The notes: generated by a model not told the origin, from the letters alone. A stretch of 59,547 nucleotides of DNA, filler included, from Sphacelaria rigidula (GCA_964200075.2; 6 parts of 6 records of this genome joined end to end with filler, not necessarily neighbours in it), one strand, 5' to 3'; shown: positions 1 to 12,862, counted from the whole stretch's first letter. Translations and numbers: made by a program.

Positions 1-1062
1 GCAAGCACAGATTTTTGCGCACATATTTTTGTTCAGCGGCCAATCTCGAAACCTCGGAGCCAAGCGAATCTGAAAAGCAGGCTTGGCTTTTCTCTGTGGG
101 ATGATGCAAAGTGTCCGAGACGTGTGTTGGTGGTTTTCTTGGTTTGGGGGTCAAAAGGTGAGTCAAACATCCCAAAAGTGAACAATCCATGGGCCAAAAA
201 TCTGTGTGCCATGACATCCGGCGTGACCGGATATGATTTTTATTTGATTGTCGCACTTGAACACTAAGTCGTATTTGCATTAAATCGGCTTCCAAGCAGA
301 AGTAGCAGGAGTGCTACTTATCCGAGACAGTCGTTCTCAGCCCGTCTGGACGGAGGACGCGGACCAATAAAGCATCAGCGATAAGCCCCCATTGCAAAAA
401 CAGAAAAGTCATGGTTGACGTTTTGGGGGGACCAGTCCATGTACACGTAGGGACACGATCGGCATACGGCCAGGCGAAGCAACGACCGTGCCTGACAGTA
501 GGGAAAGTCATTTCAAGGATGAGGTAGGTGCACCACCAAACGGTTCTGCTGAGAGACGAGTGCAGGCGGAGCGGGTACATCAGTCGTGGCTGGTGAGCCC
601 TCAGATTCATCCCATCCCATACTGTTTCGCCATAGCGTTTTCGTTAATGATGGTTCTTCTCCGTACCTCTTCTTGCCTCATTGTGCTCTTTGCCTTATTA
701 TTGTTTTGTTTTTCCGTATACCCGGTTTGTTTGTTTTCTTTCATCTTCTCGGTTTCTCCACTTTTCATATTTTCTTCAGCGAGCGTTTCCAGTTTTTCCT
801 TGGTGCGTTTATCCTGTAAGCATGGTTGAGTCCCTCGGGGGTCAGCTAATGTGTGACAATCAATCATTCAACCACTACTCGACAAGAAGAGCGGAAATGA
901 ACATGGAATACGAACATTTGGTGGGGAGTCGCACAATATGGACGTAGTAGGCGTAGCGACATACTACCCACTCATTAGACAGGGTGTTATCCTGCAGCCA
1001 CACACACGATCACCTGTTGAACGATAGGCGGTTCCTGCTCCCCTTGAAAACAGCACGGCACT

Positions 1063-1574
1063 AACAATTCTATAAAATGTGGTTGTACACTTAAACGAGG
1101 TTCAAGCCCAAAACAGCTGTTTCCCCCACACTATCAGCGATGGTGCCCAATGACGTTTTTATCGGCCTGTTGCCCCTCGATCGCGTAGATACTTTATCAG
1201 CGCATTTCACCGACTATGGGAGCTTACAGCGCTGACCGAAACCGTAATTTTCCCTGATTATTTATTGTTTATTCTATGACGGTTTCGGTCAGCGCTGTAA
1301 GCTCCCATAGTCGGTGAATTGCGCTGATAAAGTATCTACGCGATCGAGGGGCAACAGACCGAAAAAAACGTCATTGGGCACCATCGCTGAAAGTGCACGG
1401 GTGGCCACTGGGGTGCCTGTAACCTCAAATTTGGACGTGACAGGCCTTGTGCAACGTCTGTAACGTCCAAATTTGAGGTTGCAGGCACCCCAGTGGGCAC
1501 CCGTGTGTGGAGAAAGCACTGTATTGGGCTTGAACCCCATTTCAGTGTACAACCGCATTTTTTTATAGAATTGT
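1063..1574. mobile_element. Cluster of nested palindromic (foldback/MITE-like) elements
   Basis: 1129-1245 is the near-perfect reverse complement of 1279-1395. 1396-1505 is a separate ~110-bp palindrome (CACGGGTG...CACCCGTG). 1063-1128 pairs imperfectly with 1506-1574. Confidence 0.85.
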
Positions 1575-1783
1575 CTGTTACGGGAAGTTAGACCTGATTC
1601 GAGACACCACTCGCTCACTCCAGTACATGCATGGAGCGGTGGACACCACGAAAACAACATGTGTGTTTTCAATGATAATGTGCCGCTCAGATTCTCTCAC
1701 GCTAAAGCCCGCGGTCATTATTGATACGTCAAGAATCGTTCAAAGCATTGACGCATGAACCGGCAGAGTTTTGATGTTGTCGA

Positions 1784-1833
1784 CAATTCGTTGGTGCCCA
1801 TAGCGTCCCAATTCGTTGGTGCCCATAGCGTCC
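1784..1833. repeat. Perfect 25-bp tandem duplication
   Basis: CAATTCGTTGGTGCCCATAGCGTCC x2. Confidence 0.95.
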
Positions 1834-2335
1834 GTCAGGTCAGTTCGACGCCGACAAATATAAATATATAAATACCTTTTTTTTCAATCATCAACTTCGA
1901 TCAGCGCCTCTAAAAAAAAGTAGTACTATCTAGATACGTTCAACTGATTAATCATACAAAAATTACTACACGGCAAAAGGTGAACACGTGATGAGTCCCG
2001 CAATATTTCAAGTTGACTTGTGGGTATCGCCATCATCCTGCCGACCACACTATATACATACATGAACATTAATAAGCACTCGGAACCTATCCAGGTCGGC
2101 CACACCGTGCATTTATTGATGCACTCCTACCATACATTTACGTCGTTCACTACCGAACAAAGATCAGCGATATTATTATCGCATCACACATCAATAGTAG
2201 TTCGTGCTGAAATGAACGAAATTCTACCAACATCGCACGTCGCCCCACAAACGCATTTCCATCACCCTTGAGATCCTGACGTCATTCAGGGATCTCGCGC
2301 GCTATATGGAACGAAAGAAAGTAATACCTGTACTG

Positions 2336-2459
2336 TATATAGCTCTACATGAAAAATCTACAGTTGAATTTCCACCCCCAACTTCAGGGAGCAGCATATA
2401 TCTAGCTGTACATGAAAAGCCTACGGTTGAATTTCCACCCTCAACCTCAGTAAGCAGCA
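2336..2459. repeat. Imperfect ~62-bp tandem duplication
   Basis: Two copies of TATA...TACATGAAAA..CTAC.GTTGAATTTCCACCC.CAAC.TCAG..AGCAGCA. Confidence 0.85.
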
Positions 2460-3990
2460 CAACAGAAAAATGTCATGAATCCCGCATCAACGAGCCTACA
2501 ACGAGACTGACTACTACGACACCGTGCCGTAACGCGGAACGATTTTGTGCGATGACGATTCGCCTGAATTATCACCAAGAAATGTATTGCCAGTGCAGTA
2601 AATCATAGATCATACTTCGTAGAATCATACGACATACGGCATAGGTGGGCGTGCTCGCCATCAGATTGTAAAAGTCGGCGACTGGAGTCAAGCCGTTTCG
2701 TTCTGATACTGCTACAGTCAAGTCCCCAGTTACTGTCAGCGTAAAGCCGGAATCTTTACACCAAAAAAAAAATGATGGAGTGCAACACACCCTCATTGAC
2801 CGCGTTTTCTACATCAATTATTTTAACAAGCAAACAGCCTGCGCTCCCGAAAGAAATCAAGTCCTTGACATCTCATTCGATTTCTCTCACCGACCCGAAC
2901 AAATCTCACCCTACGATACTTCGACAGAGACGCCTTTCGGCGCCACGTGTCCGTCGCAGTTTCCGAGGAAATCCAGATGGACGTTTCTATCCGTTCCGCG
3001 CGCGCCCCCGGGGGGGGGGGGGGGGGGGCGGGGCCCGCGGGGGCCCCCCCCTTTTCCCCCTTCCCTTTNNNNNNNNNNGTCTGTTTTTCGGAGAAACGCG
3101 TGTTGGTTTTTTCTCGCCGGCCGGCGCGGGGCGGGGGGGGGGGGGGGGGGGTCGGAGGCGGGGGTGTTACACCCTTGTCATCTTTTCAATTGGGTTTTAC
3201 AAAGAATCTAGATAGCCCGGCCGCCTGATATAAAAAAAAACTCTGCGATACCTCGACTACGTATGTCAATCTCGTATTTCTAACAAGGTCCGCCAACAAG
3301 GGCTGGTGCTCCTCGAAGAATCAAGAGCTGCCCCAGCACTGATTTACCTCCCCCCCATCCCGCTCCACCTCACCGTACGAATATCCAGAAAATAAACACA
3401 AACGATGCCGTAAACATCCCTTCGCAACTCCATGTAACACTTGAGTGTGATTGGTACACTAAAAATCATAAAACACCCGCAGCAACTCCAGGCCAACGCG
3501 GACCACCGAGGCCATCATGGAAAACACACAGACTACACAAACAATGTATCCGACAAAAGAAACCACACACACACCATGTACAGACTGGGCTGGACAGCAG
3601 TCGATCCGACGGCAAAGCCCCCACGCGAGTGCCATAGACAAGACACAACAAAACAACCATATAGGGAGCAGGAGAACGAACAAACCGGACCCCGGGTGAA
3701 TCAGAGACGCGACCACTATTGTATCACATCTCCGCGCTCTCGAACAAACCATCCAGGGATACATATAACATTGTCGCCCTGTCTTGTACCATGCTACATC
3801 ACAACAATCAATGACAACAGCACACCGTACTACAGCACCGCCACGGCAGAAATGGATCTGCCCGGCGTACAGGAAACCACCCCACTCTCAGACAAGAATC
3901 GCCTCCGAGCTGCCATGAAACGACCCAAAGAGTGACACAAAATCAACGTGTTAGCTCCGGAGCCAACTAAAGCACCCATCGCACGCGCCG

Positions 3991-4929
3991 TCAGTACTCG
4001 AGTCCGACAGCGACCAAACGAGGACTGCTCGAGACGGCTTGTGAAAGCGCTGCGTCGCTCCAGTCTTGTCCAATCTCCTCACCGGCCTGTTCCAAAGCTT
4101 CCACGGACCTGGAAGCATCCCCAATGTCGGTCACCTCTATGACGTCGTTCAGGTTCGTTTTTGCAACACGCACAGCACCGGCCTGCTCCGAATTTTCAAC
4201 CCGCGCTTGGTTCTCCACCGCATATTTTTTCCGGTTTGTCGACAATGGGCTTGCTGTGTCTGCTGTGTCTTGAGGTCCGCCACCGGCGTCAGCATTCAGG
4301 CCCGACATCAAACCCGCACCACGAACAGCAATAGTGCCAGCTTCTTCATCATCTTGAGTTTTAGTATCCTCGGCACTTCCCGCCCCGCACTGCTGCAACC
4401 CCGACCCGACAACCCCGGCACAACCAGCACGATCACCAGCATTAGCACCAACACTAACTTGCCCTGCCGAAAATGCTTCCCTTCGCTCCCCCGGCTCCTC
4501 ATTCCGCTGCATCACCACTGCCGCGGCGGGGGCGCCTTGCTCAGCAACCGTTGCGCCCCGATCCCGGTAAAATTCCCGTTCGCCAATTTCGACGCGATCA
4601 TGTTCAATTCCCTCTTCGTGCCATCGCTGTCCACCAGCGGCAATAATGCTTCCGTCCGTGACATCACGCGGCGTCGGGCTCTTTCCGAAACGCACGGCAA
4701 TACCATCGTCAATATCTGCGGGTCGGCGTTCGGTATGGCACACCGACCCTCCGGCACCGATAAACGACATGCTTCCAAACGAAGCCAAGCCGCGACGGCG
4801 CGGACGCGTACCTGCCTGCGCTGACTGTCCTCCCGAATCTACGACGTGAATCCGCGGCTGGCCATGGCTATGATGCGGGAAGCTGTGCCTTCTCTGGCGC
4901 CCATTTTTGGTCTTGACGAACGCCGGCGC
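3991..4929 (-). CDS. TM-RING-H2 E3 ligase, probable last exon (disordered C-terminal tail, APAFVKTKNG...LEY*)
   Basis: AAG acceptor at 4930-4932, phase 0, continues CPLCK|APAF. 313 open codons to TGA at 3991. GC-rich and low complexity. Confidence 0.7.
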   Translation of the reverse strand, partial: APAFVKTKNGRQRRHSFPHHSHGQPRIHVVDSGGQSAQAGTRPRRRGLASFGSMSFIGAGGSVCHTERRPADIDDGIAVRFGKSPTPRDVTDGSIIAAGGQRWHEEGIEHDRVEIGEREFYRDRGATVAEQGAPAAAVVMQRNEEPGERREAFSAGQVSVGANAGDRAGCAGVVGSGLQQCGAGSAEDTKTQDDEEAGTIAVRGAGLMSGLNADAGGGPQDTADTASPLSTNRKKYAVENQARVENSEQAGAVRVAKTNLNDVIEVTDIGDASRSVEALEQAGEEIGQDWSDAALSQAVSSSPRLVAVGLEY

Positions 4930-5326
4930 CTTTGTTGTTGTCGTCAATAGAAGGAGACGTTTGTTTGTTTTTTTGCAAGAGCGGATAGGCGATGGGGTGC
5001 ACGTTAGCACCTTCACCGGTGAAGAGTGTAGTCCACTCATTATCAGGGAAGCAAGCTGGGTAAGAGTCAGCGTTTCTTATAATTGAACAAGAAATATTTA
5101 AGTGGTTGCTCAGCTGGGAGAGCAGGCAGATCGGGTGCTACAATCGTGGAATCATTTTACCTGACAGCACAAGGTTGCGCTTCGGCAAAAAGCATTCGTG
5201 GCTCAGCCCCGTTTCAGTGTTGGTACAGCTACACCTCTGCAGCAGATGGACAGACGGGCATACTACGGCACCCAACAGGGAGCCAACCATTGCCATACAA
5301 ACGCGAAGAAGAAACTGTTCGCTCAC

Positions 5327-5413
5327 CTTGCAGAGAGGACACATAGCTTTCAACTGCAGCCAAGAGTCCAGGCACTCCGAGTGGAAATCGTGTCCGCAAG
5401 GTAGAACCTTGAT
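5327..5413 (-). CDS. TM-RING-H2 E3 ligase exon: second half of the RING-H2 finger
   Basis: CAG|IKVLPCGHDFHSECLDSWLQLKAMCPLCK|GTGAG. Canonical C-x-H-x2-H-x2-C...W...CPxC pattern. Confidence 0.92.
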
Positions 5414-6349
5414 CTGCTCATGGGGCACAATTAATGAATCAGGGTGCGTGTGGGATACAGGACGGAAAGGACATCGCTTCAAGAGAAACGCACGGCAAAC
5501 CACACCTCACCGGGATCCAGTGGGTGACTTTCGCTTGTCAAACAGAAATGACTGGGTGTTTGAGACCAAGCCACGAAGCGAACAGCATGTCGATAGAATG
5601 CCACAGCAGGCATCCGTAGGCTGAGTATTGTACAATGCGCGTCGGAATACATAGATGCGCCTTGGCACTGTCCATTCACCGTCACCGTACGCACGGAGTT
5701 TAACACCCCCACGAGAGTGATGAAAGTTACAACCTCAATTTATTTGATTCCAAACAAGATCCCGCACTGTCCAAATAATATCATATACCGAAATAGCTCG
5801 ACGAGATATTCACAACGTCACAGCTAGGCTCAAGACATTGCCGGGGCGGTCGGGTTATACCCGGTCGGTCACCCAGCACAGGAGGAAATTCAAAGGTACA
5901 TCCGTTTGGCGAACTCGCTGAGAATCACAAAAAACACACACCAGAAAATGCCAAGCACAACGAAGCTGCTGCGACAGCGACTTGGAGGGCGACCGTACCG
6001 TAGTCTGGATATTGCTCACTTCATCGACAGAGCTCAATCCACGACTCGGCAGTGAACTTCTCGCCAGTGTGAAAACTGCGTTCAACAAAACTTGTTGCTA
6101 CCCCTCCACTACTGAAAACAGATACCATGGTCAGTCGAAGTACGTCAGTCCCTTTTCTTGCGTTCACGGCGTCGGCAGCTCAGATAGTCGAGCATTTGGG
6201 CACACCGTGTGTTGTGGAAAATGACAAGAAAAATCTCTCAACCCTCTGGCATAGCCTCGTCAGATGGCAAACGAACTGCCTGGCCATCTCTTCTCGTGGA
6301 AAAACAGAAGACAAAGCAGGTTCATATAATGGACGTTGCACCAGCTCAC

Positions 6350-6477
6350 CACTTCGTCATTTTGGAAGGTAGACAGGCAGATCGTGCACGGCGGCGAATC
6401 AGGGCTGGAGCCGTCCGATGCTTCTCCTTCGGACCTTTGCTCCTCCAAATCAGACTCTCGTGCGTCATCCGGAGATT
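6350..6477 (-). CDS. TM-RING-H2 E3 ligase exon: first half of the RING-H2 finger
   Basis: CAG acceptor, ...SPDSPPCTICLSTFQNDEV|GTGAG. Phases match both neighbouring exons. Confidence 0.9.
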
Positions 6478-8084
6478 CTGTGCATAGACAACGTTAAACA
6501 GAAGCCAGAAAAGCGAGGAAGACAAAAGACAAGCCATAAAATTGAAGGCATCAACAATGACAATTCAGCAGGCGATGCGGTGCACGCGTGCAAGTAAAGT
6601 ACCGTGGCGTCTCTACAGAAGGTGGCAGCCGTGATTGCTCGTGATTCTTGCTTGTAGTTATGATGATCGGTTGTACTGAAACCAATTACGTAGACATCGA
6701 GCCCTCCGGTCTGTGCTGACTCTATGATCGAGCCCTAGAAAATAGTTGACTACACGACATGGCACTACGGTCAGGCGGACCGCACCACAGAAGGCTTCCC
6801 CCTTTTGACTGTGACGGATATTAGTCATATTGGGCCCATGTGTACCAAAACGAAACTCGGGCACTGGATTTTTCACGTACAAATGCTCCCAGCGGTAAAA
6901 GATCCCAAAATCTTTGCATCCAAAATGTCTACGACCAGTAGCCCGTGACTTCAGCTGAGCAGCTCTCAACTGTTGGCGAGCAACATCCCGAACGACAACA
7001 TCATGTACTGTGCATATCGTAGCCTTCAACCCCTGATCCCCATGAGTACTGTTCAGCCCTTTATATGCGCGAGCATAATTGTTCCGAGGATCCGGCCTTC
7101 GATAGTCCCACCGGTTTTCGGAGGATGGCCACAGTGGAAGGATCGATGTTCGGCAAATGGCCGGGTGGGCACTAAACAAGAATTCCTCGCGAGTTTATAT
7201 TTTCGCCCAATGAGATAACAAGAGCCTGACTGGCTTCGTCATGGTTGAGGGGGAGGCCCTAGCGTTTCCGGCCAACATATTGATGGATCCTACAACACTA
7301 CAACAGTATCTCGTATTTCTGACCGGGGGGCTCCCGTTTCTACCGCACAGTCAATCCTCCTTCTCCCATAAGCTACTTTGACTATTGTTAGTAGCCCTTT
7401 GCGCCCCCGCAACTGCGGACGAAACATCTGAGTGTCATGTCTCAAAGTGAACAGTGAGCACACAGAGCGTTCAAACGGTTATTGCCGTTTTCCCTTTTGT
7501 CTTGCACGAGATACACACTTCTGCGACAAGGCGTCAGGCTTTTGCTCACCACGATATCCCAAGAGAACCGCAGCCTTTGTTCTACAAGGAGCATAGTATT
7601 TGGCGGAGATAGCGCACCATGGTCACTGATTCTTCACGTGCACCTACGCCGTACGACCTTGTGCGTATAGTCTGTAGTGTACCACAGCACTTGAGAGCAA
7701 CAAATTCCAGGAGATCGCCGGACATGACACATTTTTCATCTACAACTGATTACACCTCAACTGTGAAAGCCTCCCTGTCGAATGCGATCAAGAAAGGCGG
7801 CAAATGTGCACATGTACGGTAAACCCGTCGCAGGAAAACAGTGCATGCCTCAAAACGTCACCTCGGTTTCCCCCGAAAATGTCTTTTTTTCTTCTCCTCT
7901 TCCTTTCAAAAAGTAGCCAGAGCATCACAATCTGCATCAGCCAAACTCGCGGATAACAGCAATACTGCGATAAACACCAAACAATGGCGAGAGGACCTAT
8001 GTTCATCAATATTCGGAGAACATACGGTACGAATAACGGCAGGACCAAGTGAAGCACGTTGTGGAACATGACCAAGCTGCTCAC

Positions 8085-8280
8085 CTTGCAAGCCCGAACG
8101 TGCTTCCTTCATCGCCGCGGCCCTCTTCTCTCGAGAAGGGTACACATAGCACGGCAGGGTGAAAATGGATTTCTTGAGCTTATTATTTCTCCGTCGATTT
8201 TGCCAGCGGTTGATGACATTCAACACTATCACTAGCAGCAACATGCCCGCCATTAGGCTCGACACGTTCCGTAGCACCGT
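8085..8280 (-). CDS. TM-RING-H2 E3 ligase exon: transmembrane helix, basic patch and GLD-like motif
   Basis: CAG|TVLRNVSSLMAGMLLLVIVLNVINRWQNRRRNNKLKKSIFTLPCYVYPS...LQ G|GTGAG. The phase-1 donor joins the 6477 acceptor (G+AA=Glu). Confidence 0.82.
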
Positions 8281-8609
8281 CTGCACGATAGGTAAATTCA
8301 TGCATGGACAATACAGCAATTCATCAGAGACAAGTTGGGAATCGGGTGGGGTCTAGGTCCACTGAAATCCGTAGTGCAGCGATTCATGAAAGGCGTCACT
8401 CATCTTTTTGTTTGTGCGTTCGTGCAGGGTACCAGCATGTACAGGATAGGGTACAGGAGAGGGTTCACGTATCTTTTGCCTTATTCAGTTAGATGAATCG
8501 TGGGAATGGTTGAAATCATCGCGTTACTCGTATGAGAAGACGCTGATGATTTTTTCGTTTATTTTTTTCGTCGTACTTTTTAATCCTTCCCGCTCCACGG
8601 GACGAGTCC

Positions 8610-8725
8610 GTGGTCTGCCTGTCTGTCTCAAGGGATCAACCCATCTCTCTCCCCAGTACACGCCTTGCACTTCGGTCTCGCGGATTGGATCATGACCATC
8701 AGCACTCTCGTACTCCGTCAACTCT
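8610..8725. repeat. Dispersed repeat; second copy inverted at ~35585-35710
   Basis: Shared core GCGGATTGGATCATGACCATCA.CACT..CG.ACT.CGTC.ACTC. Confidence 0.75.
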
Positions 8726-11021
8726 CGTCAAACAAAGTCGGCACCTACTTCTTGTTTACTCACGTAGTAACGCTTTCGACGTTGAAAATCAGATACTTGG
8801 GGGAAAAAACGCATCGAGATTCGAACGCTCGTTCTCTTCACCCTGATGTGACAGACGAACCATTACACCACCGGGGCGGGGGCGGCCCAATGTGTCGGAA
8901 CTTTACTGATTCAGACTATATTTTCTGACAATCTACCCCTGTATTGTACCGGTGTCTTGTTTTTCATCCTCAACTGTCAAACGCCTCCAAACGCCTCCGT
9001 ATTTTCTCAGATGATCAAGAATATCGGAGTTTTGGGGCTGGACGCGGCACACGTGACCCCACTTCCGTCAGGGCAAAGTACAGCACGCAGCGAGTATGAC
9101 TGATTGTGATAATGATTATAATGAACCACATGTGTGGACGGTAGCAAAGCATAATCAACTTCGTGTAGCAAAAAGAGGTGACCAAGGATGAGATGAGCGG
9201 AGTTCGTCACTGATGTTGTGCTCACCACCCCCTGCCGCCCAGAGGTTGGACTTGTCTCCATTAATAGGAACGGTGCTCCGTCTCTAAGGGTATGAGAGGT
9301 CAGTGGTCAAATGGTTAAGGCGAGGAAAAAATTAGTACCCCCCTGCCCCCCGCCTGCCCTCGCGGTGCTCCGTCTCGAAAGGGATGCGTGGTCAACAGTC
9401 AAACGACTGAGACAAGCAACACGTGAGTACGCCCCGCCCCCGCCCCACGTCCCTCCGGTACCACATGGTATATATATGCGAGGTCCATGGTCTTATTACT
9501 GCGATATGCAAGATCATGAGTGCACTCCCCGTCCGGTGCGGACTAGCTCCATGGTGCTGCGAGAACTGCTAATTTCGTACCACATCGCTTCCTGCCCCAC
9601 AGAGGCGAAGGCCATGACATCGGCATCATCAACCCTATATATTGAAGAACGTTTGGCGAGTTGATATAAATCTCGCCAAGCAAGTGGCTTGGTTGAAGTT
9701 CCATGACCTGTTGAGGAGCTGCAATTTTCCACTTGACCTTACTTACGTACGACCTGTGCCTAAACAGCTACAAACAGCCGATTTTCGAAAATGGGGTTGA
9801 AAAACAAAATGAGGTTCAACTCAAAAGCCGTGCTTTCCCTGACNNNNNNNNNNNNNNNNNNNNNNNNNNNNNNNNNNNNNNNNNNNNTTAATTAATTAAN
9901 NNNNNNNNNNNNNNNNNNNNNNNNNNNNNNNNNNNNNNNNNNNGGGGGGGGTCGTACTCATTTGTTGTTTACCTTCGTCGTTTGACCATTGACCACGCAT
10001 TCCTTTCGAGACAGGGGGGGGGGGGGGGGGGGGGGGCGAAATGACAAAATAAACAAGAAACGAAGGTATAGGAATATTCCGTTGTTAACGCCGGTGACAA
10101 CAAGAAATGGTCATATGAGAAACTGTGGTTCTTGTAATCTCGAAGAGGTTTTGAGCCCGAAGCGAAGCAAGAGTTTCTGATCAGCGGAGCCGTGCGGTAG
10201 CACCGAATCGTTTTGTGTAGCTACTTGGCATGGCACTCCCTGTGATTTTGTCTGTTACTGTCGGCTGTCGGTTCTATCCCTTCCTGCTGTGCGCGAACGA
10301 CGCAAAGCGTGAGTTGGGTACATCCTCGTGATAGAAGGCTCATACATGACCAGTCGGTGTCTATATCACCACACAACGTACCTGTAATTTCAGTGGCCAG
10401 AGCGCATGGGTGAAGATATGTGCGTGTAGGTGAACAAAACAATACTCATTTTCCACTCTCGCTCCTTCTCAAAAAGCCAACCTATTTTGGGGCAAAGTGG
10501 TCGCGTCTAGCCTCAGTACTCTATCAGAGGTCGGTAGGAAGAGAGTGAAATGCTAGACAGTGCTGCGTTCCGTATCCCCCCATCTTTCAATTCTTATCTC
10601 TACTCGTGATCTTGTGTTCGCGCCGTCCGATGTCAGCACATCACCCTTTTTTGTTCGCGTTCTAGGGCCACCAACGACGAAAATGAGAATTTGAATACGA
10701 ACAGACTGTATTTTGCGAGTTTCGAGCCCATGTAAAACGCTCAGAAGTTGTCGTTGGTGCATTATTCTGGCCACTCGGGCGCGGCGGCGAACGTATAACA
10801 GTAATCGTATGCAGAGCTCAGGTTGTCTGTGCATAATGTCCTTCCGCCAACAACAGCGTGTATGACTCGCCTTCCTCTGTGCAGCTGATAATTGTACCCA
10901 AGAGATTGTTTGTGTGTGTCGTGAATGAAGGGATGCCCGAGGGGTCCGGCTGCTGCAGCTGGAATAGAGGTACACGTGTAACGGTTGATCCGTATACATA
11001 ATGATAAATAGAGCTTCTAAC

Positions 11022-11103
11022 CCGCATGTAGCTGAGCACAAGATCTTGATACCTGGTGCATGTGTCTTTTGTAGGCGGATTTGTTCGACGGCGTGACTGG
11101 TAC
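11022..11103 (-). CDS. Putative upstream exon of the TM-RING-H2 gene
   Basis: Strong acceptor TTTTTTTCATTTAG, reads YQSRRRTNPPTKDTCTRYQDLVLSYMR|GTTAGA. Phase compatible on both sides. No homology support, and it lies across a gap. Confidence 0.45.
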
Positions 11104-12049
11104 CTAAATGAAAAAAACGCAATGAACGCGATTGCCAACATTATTCATGCATGGATTCCGTCGGGAACCTCCATACTTCGTTGTGTGCTACTACCCCCGC
11201 GTACAAAAAAGAGCTGCGAAAGACAATCGCTCCTGCTCAAGTACTCATCGACCGCGTTCGATAAGGCACTACATGTAGAACCCCCCCAATTGACATATAA
11301 TCGCGTAAATCGGTTCTACCGAGAGCCACAAGATGCATCGAAGTGAAACGATACATCAAAGTTAAATCGACGTAATGGCCGGCCACAACGATACCCATTA
11401 TTACCTTGCAAACGACACATGTTTCAAGCACCAACGTTTGTGGTACGCCGTGTGTCAAACAAGAACGTAAGGGTCGAAATTGTGAAACAGTGATTGGTCG
11501 TGTTTCCACACTGGAAACGAGACACACCGCAACGCAACCCAGAGTGATCGCATGACAACAAAACAACTCGCCGCGATTCGTACTCCGCTGACGTTTCCAG
11601 ATCCTCCGCGACTACCACGATCAGCCTAATACAATGAAGGCGGAGGTGGCCGTCAAGCCCTTTCGGTGGCCGTTATTCGGGCTTCGAAGGATGTTGTAAG
11701 TGTGCGCATCGCGTCCTGTTCGCCTACCACCGTGCCCTGATCTAGACAAGACCAACATAAGCGCTACTACAAGCGCGACTTATTTTACCCCGCTTTGTAG
11801 CTCGCCTAGATTTGTCTTTATTCGCAAGAGAGCAACCATGTTTGTATCAAGCGGTCATTATCCTCCCATTTGATTGAAAAAAAAACCCGACTAGCTTAAA
11901 ACCCGAGGCAGTATGAGCTACGCCAACAATAAGGACCACGTGGTGCGTGTGGGGAACTTTGATCCCCAAAGTGAAGCATTCTTGAATGCAGCGGCACATG
12001 GCTGTGCACCATCACAAATTTGATCCGTATATGAGGAGGAGGCATCTAC

Positions 12050-12189
12050 CTGGATGACTCTTGACTTCCCTGGATACAGCGATGAACGGCAGACGCAGAC
12101 GCGATCACGTACTTGTGCTTGAACGCACGGGAGCCAATGACCATTGTGCACGTCGCAGGGCAACTTAGCGTGAGCTGCTGTGCTGACAT
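12050..12189 (-). CDS. Putative first coding exon of the TM-RING-H2 gene
   Basis: ATG at 12189 (MSAQQLTLSC...QESS AG|GTAGA). The phase-2 donor fits the 11103 acceptor. Supported by phase only. Confidence 0.35.
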
Positions 12190-12475
12190 CGGCAATCTCA
12201 ATGCGCGAATTGATCTAGCTTTTCGCTTATGCACTCCATTGCTGCATGAAAAAGCTCACTACTAAGTTTTTGTGGTAGAGCCGAATGATGCGCACTGCTA
12301 TGAGCGCCTGCGAGCAATGTCGACGCCAAGGTCTTCACACGACGTCACCCCACTTGCCGTCGAACGTTATTGTACATGCGCATGTTTCATTCAGGTTGCT
12401 GTGGTAAGTTGGACATACCCTACTGTAACATGGGTCGTGCATATGCTCAGAGTTTTTGGATGCTTGCAAAGCCGC

Positions 12476-12492
12476 ATGAGATACCCTGGGAG
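12476..12492 (+). CDS. Putative first coding exon of the ankyrin-repeat gene (start could be further upstream, e.g. 12443)
   Basis: ATG AGA TAC CCT GGG AG|GTATCC. Phase 2 fits the 12863 acceptor. Confidence 0.4.
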
Positions 12493-12862
12493 GTATCCTG
12501 TCGCTGGAGATGCGTTCTTTTTAAATGAGTACTCCTTTGCGGCTTGCCTTCTACGCACAAATGGAAAGATCACACAACGCCGCTGTTTTTCGTCGCAAGG
12601 ACGAGAGACGAAACGCCTACGTTTTTGCGTGTGTGGCGAACGGCGCGTCGTAAGAGGACATTCACTTCTGCGCGGATTGGACAAAGTGGAAGAAAACAGC
12701 ATACGCACACAAACGCGCACGCGTGCGCAAAAATATGTGATCGATTACAATAGACGACGCTTCACGTTCTTTTCTCTGTCCCGCTGTCCCAGTTGGCATA
12801 AACTCACGTGCGCTATAAACCTTGCCTTGCTTTGCGGGGTGTGTTCGTCACGACGGCGGCAG

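Noticed and set aside
488-947. Overlapping hydrophobic and Lys/Glu-rich ORFs
   Set aside because: They result from a T/C-rich low-complexity strand. No motif or convincing splice structure.
2990-3165. Gly/Pro-rich ORFs and G-quadruplex-like runs (also 21530-21690, 29625-29727)
   Set aside because: Homopolymer runs next to N gaps, likely low-quality sequence.
4066-4824. 252-aa plus-strand ORF
   Set aside because: Antisense shadow of the GC-rich RING terminal exon.
9514-9732. Additional RING-gene exon
   Set aside because: Two frames are open, but no donor/acceptor pair fits the neighbouring phases convincingly.
9844-9943. Recurrent TTAATTAATTAA motif as a biological signal
   Set aside because: It is always centred in N runs of identical length, so it is a scaffolding linker.
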